Source of the DNA: Myxococcota bacterium
GTDB lineage: Bacteria; Myxococcota_A; UBA796; CAJQPC01
Assembly (NCBI GenBank): GCA_036229005.1
Contig: JAZAMN010000011.1
Coordinates: 191,283-255,282 of the forward strand
Direction: 5' to 3'
DNA: 64,000 nucleotides
Positions within the stretch are counted from its first letter, which is position 1. Each line of letters begins with the position of its first letter. Made by a program: the position numbers and the translations under genes. Of the stretch, positions 32,533 to 41,572 are shown in pieces. The notes beneath the pieces were generated by a model. That model worked only from the letters and a program-made list of their open reading frames with translations. It ran no database searches and was not told the DNA's origin.

Positions 32533-33351
32533 TCAGGAGGCCAGGGGGGCGGCCACCGCCATCCCGTCCATGTCCAGGTCGACATCGAGGGGTTGGCTCA
32601 GGTCGAGGCCATGGTCGAGCATGGCCTCCAGGCGGGAGATCGCCTGATCGGGCGAACGGTAACCCATTCGGATCCGCGTGCCATTGCGCAGCAACACAGA
32701 GAATCCAAGCAGCGGATCAAAGTGCAGCTCGGACAAAGAATCCGAGGAGAGATGCGGGCTCTGCTCCCACGCATCCAGGAGCTGGAGTGCATCGCGCACG
32801 ACCCGTTGGGCGAGAGGTCCCTGCTGGTCCAGCAGCTCGGGGGACAGCCCGGTCAGCACGGGCAGATCCAGACCGGTTGTCCTCGCTCGGACAAAGGGCT
32901 CTCCCCGGTCGTTGACGCGGTACAAACCCCGGTGGGTGGAGAGCAGCATGCGCTCGCGGTGCTCAACCACTTCGATCACGACCTCCCCACCGAGCTCCCG
33001 GTGGAGGGTGACCCGGTCGACCCAGGGGTGGGACTCGACCTGCGCGAGCGTGCGCTCGGTGTCCAGCAGCAGCAGCGACTCGCCAACGCGGATGTCCGCG
33101 AGGTGGCGGACGGCCCCCTGACCGGAGTGCACAGCCCCGTTGACCTGTACGGACTGGACGCGAGCCAGCTCCGGGTACCGGGTGACGCCAAAGACCGCGA
33201 GGCCACTCAGCGCCAGGGTGACCGCGCCGACCTTGGTCAGAGACAGGACGACCGACACCCACGCGGGGCGCTGCAAGGTGTCCATCATCTGATCGAGGCG
33301 GCTCATCGGGATCTGCGTCTGCTTTGGGAGGTGCCTGAGTGGTTGTACCAA
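32533..33351 (-). CDS. ftsQ: Cell division protein FtsQ/DivIB
   Basis: TM plus POTRA domain (HPWVDRVTLHR); between ddl and ftsZ. Start uncertain. Confidence 0.85.
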   Translation of the reverse strand: MVQPLRHLPKQTQIPMSRLDQMMDTLQRPAWVSVVLSLTKVGAVTLALSGLAVFGVTRYPELARVQSVQVNGAVHSGQGAVRHLADIRVGESLLLLDTERTLAQVESHPWVDRVTLHRELGGEVVIEVVEHRERMLLSTHRGLYRVNDRGEPFVRARTTGLDLPVLTGLSPELLDQQGPLAQRVVRDALQLLDAWEQSPHLSSDSLSELHFDPLLGFSVLLRNGTRIRMGYRSPDQAISRLEAMLDHGLDLSQPLDVDLDMDGMAVAAPLAS

Positions 33352-33420
33352 GGGCCTACAGCTCTTGACAAGTAAATACCTGGAAGTCGTCTTCCAAGGA
33401 TCCTTGGAGGGAATGGCGGC

Positions 33421-34359
33421 TCAGAGTCCGCCTGCGCCCGGGACCTTCTCCAAGCGGGCCCCCAAGAGGATGGCCTCCACCAGGTCCGCGAACGACAGCC
33501 CCTCGAGCGAGGCGGCCATGGGGGAGAGGGAGGTGGCCGTCATGCCCGGGAGGGTGTTGATCTCCAGGAACCAGGGCACCCCGTCGGCGTCGACGATGTA
33601 GTCCGCGCGCGCGACCCCGCGGAGCCCGAGGGTGCGGTAGACCTCCAGCGCGCTGCGGCGGGCGGCCTGCGAGGTGGCGTCCGAGACCTTGGCGGGCACG
33701 TCATAGACCGTCTTGCCCTTGGTGTACTTGGCCTCGTAGTCGAAGAAGCCCTCGTCCGGCCGGATGCCCACGGGCGGGAAGGGGTGGCCATCGAGCACGG
33801 CGACCGTGATCTCCTCGCCCTGGACGAACTGCTCCAGCAACACCTGACCGCCCAGCTCACCCAGCTCCAGCAGCGCAGCCTGCAGCGCCGCGGGGTCCTC
33901 GCAGATGGCCAGGCCCAGCGTGGAGCCGCCCTCGGGGAACTTGGCGACCAGCGGGAACACGAGGTCCTCGGGGAGCGCGTCCCCCACCCGCCAGACCCGG
34001 TCCTGGGGCAGGCGCACGTGGGGGTTGTCGGCCACCAGCCGCTTGGTCGTGATCTTGTCCATGGCCGTTGCCGAGCCCAGCACCCCAGAGCCCGTGTAGG
34101 GGATGCCCATCAGCTCCAGCAGGCCCTGCACGCAGCCGTCCTCGCCGAACTGTCCGTGGAGCGCGATCCAGGCGACCTCCACCCCCTCCGCGAGGAGCTG
34201 CTGGGGGAGATCCCGCTGGACGTCGATGGCCACAGCGTCCCAGCCACGCTCCTGCAGAGCGGCCAGCACGGCTTTGCCCGACTTGAGGGAGACCTGGCGC
34301 TCGGCGCTCAGGCCGCCCATCAACACACCGATCCGCGCGCTGCGGGAGATCTCAGACAT
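33421..34359 (-). CDS. ddl: D-alanine--D-alanine ligase
   Basis: GGLSAERQVSL, ALHGQFGEDG, FDYEAKY and LEINTLPGMT motifs. Confidence 0.95.
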   Translation of the reverse strand: MSEISRSARIGVLMGGLSAERQVSLKSGKAVLAALQERGWDAVAIDVQRDLPQQLLAEGVEVAWIALHGQFGEDGCVQGLLELMGIPYTGSGVLGSATAMDKITTKRLVADNPHVRLPQDRVWRVGDALPEDLVFPLVAKFPEGGSTLGLAICEDPAALQAALLELGELGGQVLLEQFVQGEEITVAVLDGHPFPPVGIRPDEGFFDYEAKYTKGKTVYDVPAKVSDATSQAARRSALEVYRTLGLRGVARADYIVDADGVPWFLEINTLPGMTATSLSPMAASLEGLSFADLVEAILLGARLEKVPGAGGL

Positions 34360-35246
34360 CAGCGCCTCCTGGAGCGGCCACCGCCGCCAGCGCCCGTTGA
34401 CTCGCCAGCGGCGGCGTTCTTGCCCCGCGGCTCCAGCTCACTGCCGAGCTCCGAGCCCAACCGCTGCTTCACGCGGTCCTGGCTCAGCTTCTGGAGCAAT
34501 AAGAGGTCCTTGGTGGTCCCCGTACCCCGGTTGATCACGCTGTTGGGCTCATGCACGCCGATCTGCAGGTCGCGCAGGCGCACACCACAGAGCCCCGCGT
34601 CTGCCATGCGCTCCGCCGCGGTCTTGCGCTTGGGGTCAGCCAGGATGCGCCCCGGCAGGCCCTTCCCGACGCCGCGCCGCTTCTCGATGGCCTCGCTGGC
34701 GCGCTGACGCAGGTACGCGATGTCGGCGGCCACCTTGGCCAGGCGGATGGCCAGCAGGTGGTGGGTGGCCTTGAGCGCGCTCCCCTCCCCGACCCGCTGC
34801 CCCTTGAGCACCCGATGGCTCTCCGGTTCCAGGGCCCCAGAGCGCACCAGCTCAGCCAGCGTCCCGGCGGCGCCGGCGTGCATCTCCAGCCCGGACAGAC
34901 CCAGCTCCTGCAGGCGAAGCGCGGCGACGGCCACCGGGAGCTGTGCACCCAACCACACCGCATCGTCCTGGATCTCAAGCCCCAGCGCGGGCTGGCCAAA
35001 GCGAAGCCACCCGAGGTCATCCCCGCCGTCCCGCACGAGCGCGCTCGGGCCATCCCAGGGGCGCAGGCGCAGCTTGAACTCGGAGCACAGCTTTCCGGCC
35101 TGCCTGCCAGCGTCCTCGCTCTCGGCGACCAGCCACAGGACGGGGCCGCCCACACGCCAGGTGCAGTGGTGGGCCATGGGCTCTCGGTGCCGCACAGCCA
35201 ACCCCTCCACTTCAGAGAGGGCTTCGAGGAGGCGGGAGTCGATCAA
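34359..35246 (-). CDS. murB: Highly diverged MurB-like protein
   Basis: EPMAHHCTWRVGGP N-terminus, LVRDGG, LSGLE, INRG.GT; between murC and ddl; active-site motifs degenerate. Confidence 0.65.
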   Translation of the reverse strand: MIDSRLLEALSEVEGLAVRHREPMAHHCTWRVGGPVLWLVAESEDAGRQAGKLCSEFKLRLRPWDGPSALVRDGGDDLGWLRFGQPALGLEIQDDAVWLGAQLPVAVAALRLQELGLSGLEMHAGAAGTLAELVRSGALEPESHRVLKGQRVGEGSALKATHHLLAIRLAKVAADIAYLRQRASEAIEKRRGVGKGLPGRILADPKRKTAAERMADAGLCGVRLRDLQIGVHEPNSVINRGTGTTKDLLLLQKLSQDRVKQRLGSELGSELEPRGKNAAAGESTGAGGGGRSRRR

Positions 35247-36637
35247 CGCGCACGCCCCCGCAGGCTCACCGCCAGGGGCTGACAGATGCTGTTCACATTG
35301 CCGGCCCCCAGGGTGATGACGAGGTCACCGTCATCGCAGAACTCCGCGAGGTGCGCGGTGGCGGCGTCCAGATCCTGGGCCACGTGGACGCTGCGGTGCC
35401 CGTGGCTGCGGAGGCCCTGGGCGAGCGCGTGGTGGTCGACGCCCTCGATGGGCTGCTCGCCGGCCCGGTAGATGGGACAGACGACGACATGGTCGGCGCG
35501 GTTGAAGGCCCGACAGAAGTCGTTGAAGAGGTCGCGCACGCGGGTGTAGCGGTGGGGCTGGACGACCGCGACGATGCGGGCGTGGGGGAAGCCCTCGCGG
35601 GCGCCCTGGAGGGTGGTCTCGATCTCGACGGGGTGGTGCCCGTAGTCGTCGACGATCATGGTGGCGCCCACGCGCTCGCGCACGGTGAAGCGGCGCTGAA
35701 CGCCCGTGAAGCCGTCCATGGCCTGCTGGATGCGCTCGAAGGGGATCTCCAGCTCCAAGGCGGTGGCGGCGGCGGCGAGCGCGTTGGCCACGTTGTGGGC
35801 GCCGGGCATGGAGAGTCGGAGCTGGCCCAGCGCCTTGCCCTTGGCGACCAGGGTGAAGGTGGTGTCCAGGCCGTCCTGGTGGATGTCCTCGGCGCGCACG
35901 TCGGCCTGGCGGGAGAGGCCGTAGGTGATCACGCGCTTGCGGAGCTGGGGGAGCAGCTCCTGGACGACGGGGTGATCCAGACAGACCACCGCGAAGCCAA
36001 AGAAGGGCACCTTGTTCGCGAAGGCGACGAAGGTCTCCTTGAGGCGCTGAAAGTCGCCGTAGTGGTCCAGGTGCTCCGGGTCGATGTTGGTGATGACCGC
36101 GACGGTGGGGTCCAGGAACATGAAGGAGCCGTCGGACTCGTCGGCCTCGGCGACCAGGTACTCGCCTGTGCCCATGCGCGCGTTGGAGCCGATGGCGTCC
36201 AGCTTGCCGCCGATGACGATGGTGGGGTCCAGCTCGGCCGCAGCCAGGATGGTGGCCAGCATGGAGGTGGTGGTGGTCTTGCCGTGGGTGCCCGCGACGG
36301 CCAGCCCGTACTTCATGCGCATGAGCTCGGCGAGCATCTCGGCGCGGGGGATGACCGGCACGCCGGCGGCCAGCGCGGCGGCGCACTCGGGGTTGCTCAA
36401 GGGGACCGCGGTGGACTTCACGACGACATCCGCATCGCCCAGGTTCTCCGGCCCGTGTCCGATGTGGACGGTGGCGCCCAGACCCCGGAGGCGCTCCACG
36501 GCGGCGCCCTCCTTGAGGTCGGAGCCGGTGACCTGGAAGCCCAGGTTGAGCAGCACCTCGGCGATGCCGTTCATGCCGGAGCCGCCGATGCCGACGAAGT
36601 GGATGGTGCGGACCTGTCCGCGGAACATGTGGCGCAT
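35243..36637 (-). CDS. murC: UDP-N-acetylmuramate--L-alanine ligase
   Basis: HFVGIGGSGM, GTHGKTTT, EADESDGSF and DDYGHHP motifs. Confidence 0.97.
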   Translation of the reverse strand: MRHMFRGQVRTIHFVGIGGSGMNGIAEVLLNLGFQVTGSDLKEGAAVERLRGLGATVHIGHGPENLGDADVVVKSTAVPLSNPECAAALAAGVPVIPRAEMLAELMRMKYGLAVAGTHGKTTTTSMLATILAAAELDPTIVIGGKLDAIGSNARMGTGEYLVAEADESDGSFMFLDPTVAVITNIDPEHLDHYGDFQRLKETFVAFANKVPFFGFAVVCLDHPVVQELLPQLRKRVITYGLSRQADVRAEDIHQDGLDTTFTLVAKGKALGQLRLSMPGAHNVANALAAAATALELEIPFERIQQAMDGFTGVQRRFTVRERVGATMIVDDYGHHPVEIETTLQGAREGFPHARIVAVVQPHRYTRVRDLFNDFCRAFNRADHVVVCPIYRAGEQPIEGVDHHALAQGLRSHGHRSVHVAQDLDAATAHLAEFCDDGDLVITLGAGNVNSICQPLAVSLRGRAR

Positions 36638-36638
36638 T

Positions 36639-37853
36639 TCAGAGGCCCTCGACCCGGCGCGTGGCGCGGTAGATGGTGGGCCCCCGCGGGATGGGGGCCT
36701 GGTGGGCGGAGATGTTCAGGAGCACCCCGATGGACAGCAGGTGCCCCATGACCGCCGACGACCCATAGCTCAGGAAGGGCAGCACCAGCCCCTTGGGGGG
36801 GACGATGCCCATGGCGACACCCAGGTTCAGGAAGGCCTGCCCGCCGATGGCGATGGTCAGGGCGGTGGCCGTGATCACGCCGAAGAGGTCGGTGGCGTTC
36901 CGGGCGATGCGCAGGCCGCGCCAGAGGATGAGTCCGTACCCGACGAGCAGCAGGAGGATCCCGATCAGGCCGAACTCCTCCGCGAGCACGGAGCCCACGA
37001 AGTCGGTCCAGGGCTCGGGCAGGAACTGGTGCTTGGCCTGGGACTCGGCCAGGCCCTCGCCGGTGAGGCCGCCGCTGTGGAAGGCGATCATGGACTGGAT
37101 GACCTGGTGGCCGTCGCCGTAGTAGTCCTCCCAGGGGTCCAGGAAGCTGGTGATGCGGCGCACGCGGTAGTCCGCGGCGAGCACCACGGGGACACCGACC
37201 GCGAGACCACCGCCGAAGAGCGCGGCCACCCAGCTCTGCTTGAGGCCGGCCAGGTAGATGCACAGGAAGGCAAGCCCTGCGGTGATGAGCGTGGTGCCCA
37301 TGTCGGGCTCGAGCAGCAGGAGCACCAGCGCGGGAACGGGCAGCAGGATGGCCTTCCACAGGAAGCCCTTCACGTCGTCGATGCGGCCCTGGTGGGTGGC
37401 CAGGAGCTGGGCCATGGCCAAGACCACCGCGACCTTGCCGAGCTCGGAGGGCTGGAAGTTGACGGGCCCCAGGGAGATCCAGCGCTGTGCGCCGCCCTGC
37501 GCGGGGAAGGCGAGCACCGCCAGCAGCAGCGCAACGATGGCCCCATACGCGTGGTAGGCGTACTTGCGCAGCCACTGGTAGGGGACGAGCGCCAGGGTGA
37601 CCATGCCGACCAGGCCCACGCCCATGGCCATGGCCTGACGCTTGACGTAGCGGAACTGGTCGCCGAACTCCTCGGCGGCGGTGGGCCCGCTCGCGGAGTG
37701 CACCATCACCAGCCCTACAATCAGGAAGACTACCGTCAGGGCCAGAAGCAGCGTGTCGTAGCCGCGCCCTGGGACCTGGGGGCCCAAGGACAGACCGGGG
37801 CTGGGGGGTGCCTCGGCGGGGGCCTCGCTGGGGGTCTGGGTGAGGGTGCTCAT
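36639..37853 (-). CDS. ftsW: SEDS peptidoglycan polymerase FtsW
   Basis: GAQRWI, FQPSE, EPDMGT, FLPEPWTDF and LPFLSYG motifs. Confidence 0.95.
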   Translation of the reverse strand: MSTLTQTPSEAPAEAPPSPGLSLGPQVPGRGYDTLLLALTVVFLIVGLVMVHSASGPTAAEEFGDQFRYVKRQAMAMGVGLVGMVTLALVPYQWLRKYAYHAYGAIVALLLAVLAFPAQGGAQRWISLGPVNFQPSELGKVAVVLAMAQLLATHQGRIDDVKGFLWKAILLPVPALVLLLLEPDMGTTLITAGLAFLCIYLAGLKQSWVAALFGGGLAVGVPVVLAADYRVRRITSFLDPWEDYYGDGHQVIQSMIAFHSGGLTGEGLAESQAKHQFLPEPWTDFVGSVLAEEFGLIGILLLLVGYGLILWRGLRIARNATDLFGVITATALTIAIGGQAFLNLGVAMGIVPPKGLVLPFLSYGSSAVMGHLLSIGVLLNISAHQAPIPRGPTIYRATRRVEGL

Positions 37854-39079
37854 GGCAGCTCCTGGACCAAGGCGCGGAAGTGGTCGCCGCGCCGCTCGAA
37901 GTTCTGGAAGGCGTCGAAGGAGGAGCAGGCCGGAGACAGCAGGATCTGCTCTCCGTGGGCGCTCAGCTCCCGGGCGGTGGACACGGCCTGGTCCAGGCTG
38001 CCCACAAGGGTCCCGCCCAAGGCGGCGTGGATCTCGGGGCCCGCCTCGCCAAAGCAGACGACGGGGCGGCCCTCGATGCACGCACGCAGGCGGCTGTAGT
38101 CGGCCCCAGCCTTGCCACGGCCGCCCAGCAGGACAACCCCCGGGCCCTCCATGGCGGAGATGCCGACGATGGCGGCCTCGATGTTGGTGGCCTTGGAGTC
38201 GTTGATCCAGCGCCGGCCGTCGTTGCTGGGCACGGGCTCCAGGCGATGGGGCAGGCCCACCAGCGTGGAGAGGTCCGCAGGCACCACGCCGACTTCGGCG
38301 GCGAGCAGACAGGCCACGGCCGCGTTCCAGCGGTTGTGGTCGCCCAGCACCCGCAGCGTGTCCAGGACCGGGTTGTCCAGGGCGAGCCGGTCCAGCCAGA
38401 TACGGCGCCCCGGCTTGCCCTGCGCCGCGAACTCCAGGTGGGGCTCGTGGACCAGGCCAGCCAGCCCCTCCGGCCGCAGGTTGTCGAAGAGCCGGAGCTT
38501 GTGCTGGGCGTAGGTGGCCATGTCCCCGTGCCGCGCCAAATGGTCGGGGGTCAGGTTCAGGATGACGGCCGCCCAGGGCGTGAAGGGGCCGGGCAGCTCC
38601 ATCTGGTAGGAGCTGACCTCGACGACCAGGACCTCGTGGTCACCATCGACCGCCAACGACAGCGGTGTGCCCAGGTTTCCGCCGGCGAAGACCTTCATCC
38701 CCGCCTGCTCCAGGATCTGCTTGGTGAACCAGGTCACCGTGGACTTGCCGTTGGTCCCGGAGATCGCCAGGATGGGCTTGTCCTGGGGCAGGAAGGAGGC
38801 CGCGAAGCCCAGCTCCCCCACCACCGCCACGTCGGCGTCCTGGGCCAAACGCACGGGGGGTGCGGCCGCGGGGATGCCCGGCGAGACGACCACCAGGTCC
38901 GTGTCCGTCAGGTCGGTGTCCTCGTGGCGGCCGAAGATGCAGCGGATGCCGTCCATCTCCGGGGCCTGGGCGTTGAGGTCGGTCAGTGTGACCTGAGCCC
39001 CCTTCCTCTTGGCCAGAGCAGCCGCAGCGCGGCCCGAGAGCCCCGCTCCAAGCACCGTGACCCGCGCCGGCGCCTTCAT
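37850..39079 (-). CDS. murD: UDP-MurNAc-L-Ala--D-glutamate ligase
   Basis: VSPGI, GTNGKST, EVSSYQ, NDSKATN and LSPACSSFD motifs. Confidence 0.95.
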   Translation of the reverse strand: MKAPARVTVLGAGLSGRAAAALAKRKGAQVTLTDLNAQAPEMDGIRCIFGRHEDTDLTDTDLVVVSPGIPAAAPPVRLAQDADVAVVGELGFAASFLPQDKPILAISGTNGKSTVTWFTKQILEQAGMKVFAGGNLGTPLSLAVDGDHEVLVVEVSSYQMELPGPFTPWAAVILNLTPDHLARHGDMATYAQHKLRLFDNLRPEGLAGLVHEPHLEFAAQGKPGRRIWLDRLALDNPVLDTLRVLGDHNRWNAAVACLLAAEVGVVPADLSTLVGLPHRLEPVPSNDGRRWINDSKATNIEAAIVGISAMEGPGVVLLGGRGKAGADYSRLRACIEGRPVVCFGEAGPEIHAALGGTLVGSLDQAVSTARELSAHGEQILLSPACSSFDAFQNFERRGDHFRALVQELP

Positions 39080-39081
39080 GC

Positions 39082-40212
39082 TCACCTCAGCTTCAGGGTG
39101 GTCAGCGCCACCAGCGCGAGCAGGATGGAGATGATCCAGAAGCGCACGATGATCTTGGGCTCGGACCACCCCTGCTTCTCGTAGTGGTGGTGGATGGGGG
39201 CCATGGCGAACACGCGCTTGCCCTCGCCGGTGAGCTTCTTGGTGATCTTGAAGCCCAGCACCTGGATGACAACCGAGCCGGCCTCCAGCACGAAGATGCC
39301 GCCGACCAGGGGCAGCAGCAGCTCATGCTTGGAGAGCAGGCCGATGATGCCCAGGAAGCCGCCCAGCGCCAGGGAGCCCACGTCCCCCATGAAGATCTGC
39401 GCAGGGTAGGCGTTGTACCAGAGGAACCCGAGCCCGGCCCCGATGGTGGCGACGCAGAGGATGGTCAGCTCGCTGGCGCCGTCCACGTGCGGCACCGCCA
39501 GGTAGTCCGCGAAGCCCGCGTGACCGGCGATGTAGGCCAGGATGGCGTAGGTCGCGGCGGCGATCATGACCGGCCCGATGGCCAGCCCGTCGAGCCCGTC
39601 CGTCAGGTTCACGCCGTTGGACATGGCGACCAGGATGAAGAGCCCGGCGGCGACATAGAGCCAGCTCAGCCAGCCCGGCGCGCCCTCCCAGAGGTGGGCG
39701 AAGTCGATGGCGGTGCCCTTGAGGAAGGGCAGCGGGATCTCCGGCGTCATCGCCCCGGACCACAGCCCGTAGGCCAGCGCGGCGCCGCCAAAGAAGAGCT
39801 GCCCGACGATCTTCCAGCGACCGGCCAGGCCATCGGAGCTGCGCTCCATGACCTTCTTCCAGTCATCTACAAATCCAATCAGCCCGTAGCCCATGAGCAC
39901 AATCAGGGCGATGTGCACGACGGGCTCGTCCAGGCGGCACCACAGCAGGCCGGCGAGCCCGATGCCCGCCAGGATGGGGACGCCGCCCATGGTGGGGGTG
40001 CCCAGCTTGTTCGCGCGGTGGGACTCGGGGCCCTCGGTGCGGATGATCTGCTCGAGCTTCCGCTGGTTCATCCAGCGGATGAACGCCGGGTAGACCAGGT
40101 AGGTGAACCCCAGCGCGGTCAGCATCGCCAGCGCGGTCCGCGTGGTGACGTAGCGCAGCGGGTTGAAGAGGATGGTGTGCTCGGAGAGCGGGACCAGCAG
40201 GTGGTAGAGCAT
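39082..40212 (-). CDS. mraY: Phospho-MurNAc-pentapeptide transferase
   Basis: GTPTMGG, NLTDGLDGL, FMGDVGS and MAPIHHHYE motifs. Confidence 0.97.
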   Translation of the reverse strand: MLYHLLVPLSEHTILFNPLRYVTTRTALAMLTALGFTYLVYPAFIRWMNQRKLEQIIRTEGPESHRANKLGTPTMGGVPILAGIGLAGLLWCRLDEPVVHIALIVLMGYGLIGFVDDWKKVMERSSDGLAGRWKIVGQLFFGGAALAYGLWSGAMTPEIPLPFLKGTAIDFAHLWEGAPGWLSWLYVAAGLFILVAMSNGVNLTDGLDGLAIGPVMIAAATYAILAYIAGHAGFADYLAVPHVDGASELTILCVATIGAGLGFLWYNAYPAQIFMGDVGSLALGGFLGIIGLLSKHELLLPLVGGIFVLEAGSVVIQVLGFKITKKLTGEGKRVFAMAPIHHHYEKQGWSEPKIIVRFWIISILLALVALTTLKLR

Positions 40213-40213
40213 C

Positions 40214-41572
40214 TCAGTCCTCCTTGCCCGGGAGCGCTTGCAGGACCCGTTCCATCTTGGCCCCGCGGCTGCCCTTCACCAGGACGACGTCGCCGTCCCG
40301 CAGCTCACCCCGCAGCGCCTCCGCCAGGGTCTCCGAGTCCGGAGCGGACCAGACCTGCAGCCCCAGGGACTCGGCCAGCTCACCTTGAGCCGCCATCAGC
40401 GGTCCGGACAACCCGACGTGGGTGAGCCCAAGCGAGGACACCTTGCGGATGACCTCCTCGTGGAAGCGCGCCTCGTCGCCGCCCAGCTCCAGCATCTCGC
40501 CCAGCAGCGCGATGCGTCGTCCGGGGAGCTGCGCGAGCGTCTCCAGCGCCGCCCGCATGGACGCGGGGTTGGCGTTGTAGGCGTCGTTGAGCACGGTGAT
40601 CCCGCCGCTGCTCTCCACCCGCATGCGCATCCCCACCGGGGAGTAGCGGGCCAGCCCGGCCGCGATCTGGTCCCGCGAGATGCCCATGGACCACCCCAGC
40701 GCAGCCGCGACAGCGGCGTTGAGCGCCAAGTGCCGCCCGGGACTGGGGATGCGGGCGCTCAGGTCGCCCTCGGGGAGCGCGATCTGCACCAGGGTGTGCA
40801 GGCTCTTGGGGTCGACCTCGGCCGAGAGCAGGCGGATCTGCGCCTGGGTCCCGGTGCCCACGGTGATGCGCCGCACGCCCTCGGGCAGGGGCATGGCGGC
40901 CACGTAGGGGTCGTCAAGGTTGACGATACAGACGTCCCCGGGGCGCGCCCCGTCGAACATCTCCTGCTTGCAGGCGGCCACGCCCTCGATGGAGCCGGTG
41001 CCCTGCAGGTGGGCCGCGCTCACGTTCGTCACGATGCGGTGCGTGGGCGCGCCGATGTCCTGCAGCAGCGCGATCTCGCCCGCCGCGGACATACCCATCT
41101 CCAGCACCATCAGCTCCGCGTCCAGCGGGGTGTCGAGCAGGGTCAGGGGCACGCCGATGTGGTTGTTCAGGTTGCCCTGGGTCTGGTGCACCTTGCCGCG
41201 GGCGGCCAGGACCTCAGCGACCATCGCGCGGGTGGTCGTCTTGCCCGCCGAGCCCGTGATGCCGACCACCGGGCCAAAGAACTCCTGCCGCACAAAGCGC
41301 GCGGCGTCCTGGAGCGCGACCAGGGTGTCCGGGACCAGGACCAGCCCGCCCTTCCACTCGCCCTCGGGGCGCTCGGCGACCACCGCACCTGCGCACTGGG
41401 CGACCTGGGCGTGAGGCAGGAAGGCGTGGCCGTCGAAGCGCTCGCCGACCAGGGCCAAGAACCAGGAGCCCGCCTGCAGGCGGCGGCTGTCGGTCTGGAT
41501 GGGGCCAGCGGGTCCGGGGGACAGCAGCTCGCCTCCCGTCGCGCGGGCCAGTTCTTCTCCGGTGAGCATCAT
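40214..41572 (-). CDS. murF: UDP-MurNAc-tripeptide--D-Ala-D-Ala ligase
   Basis: TDSR, ITGSAGKTTT, NNHIGVP, NDAYNANP and VKGSRG motifs. Confidence 0.96.
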   Translation of the reverse strand: MMLTGEELARATGGELLSPGPAGPIQTDSRRLQAGSWFLALVGERFDGHAFLPHAQVAQCAGAVVAERPEGEWKGGLVLVPDTLVALQDAARFVRQEFFGPVVGITGSAGKTTTRAMVAEVLAARGKVHQTQGNLNNHIGVPLTLLDTPLDAELMVLEMGMSAAGEIALLQDIGAPTHRIVTNVSAAHLQGTGSIEGVAACKQEMFDGARPGDVCIVNLDDPYVAAMPLPEGVRRITVGTGTQAQIRLLSAEVDPKSLHTLVQIALPEGDLSARIPSPGRHLALNAAVAAALGWSMGISRDQIAAGLARYSPVGMRMRVESSGGITVLNDAYNANPASMRAALETLAQLPGRRIALLGEMLELGGDEARFHEEVIRKVSSLGLTHVGLSGPLMAAQGELAESLGLQVWSAPDSETLAEALRGELRDGDVVLVKGSRGAKMERVLQALPGKED

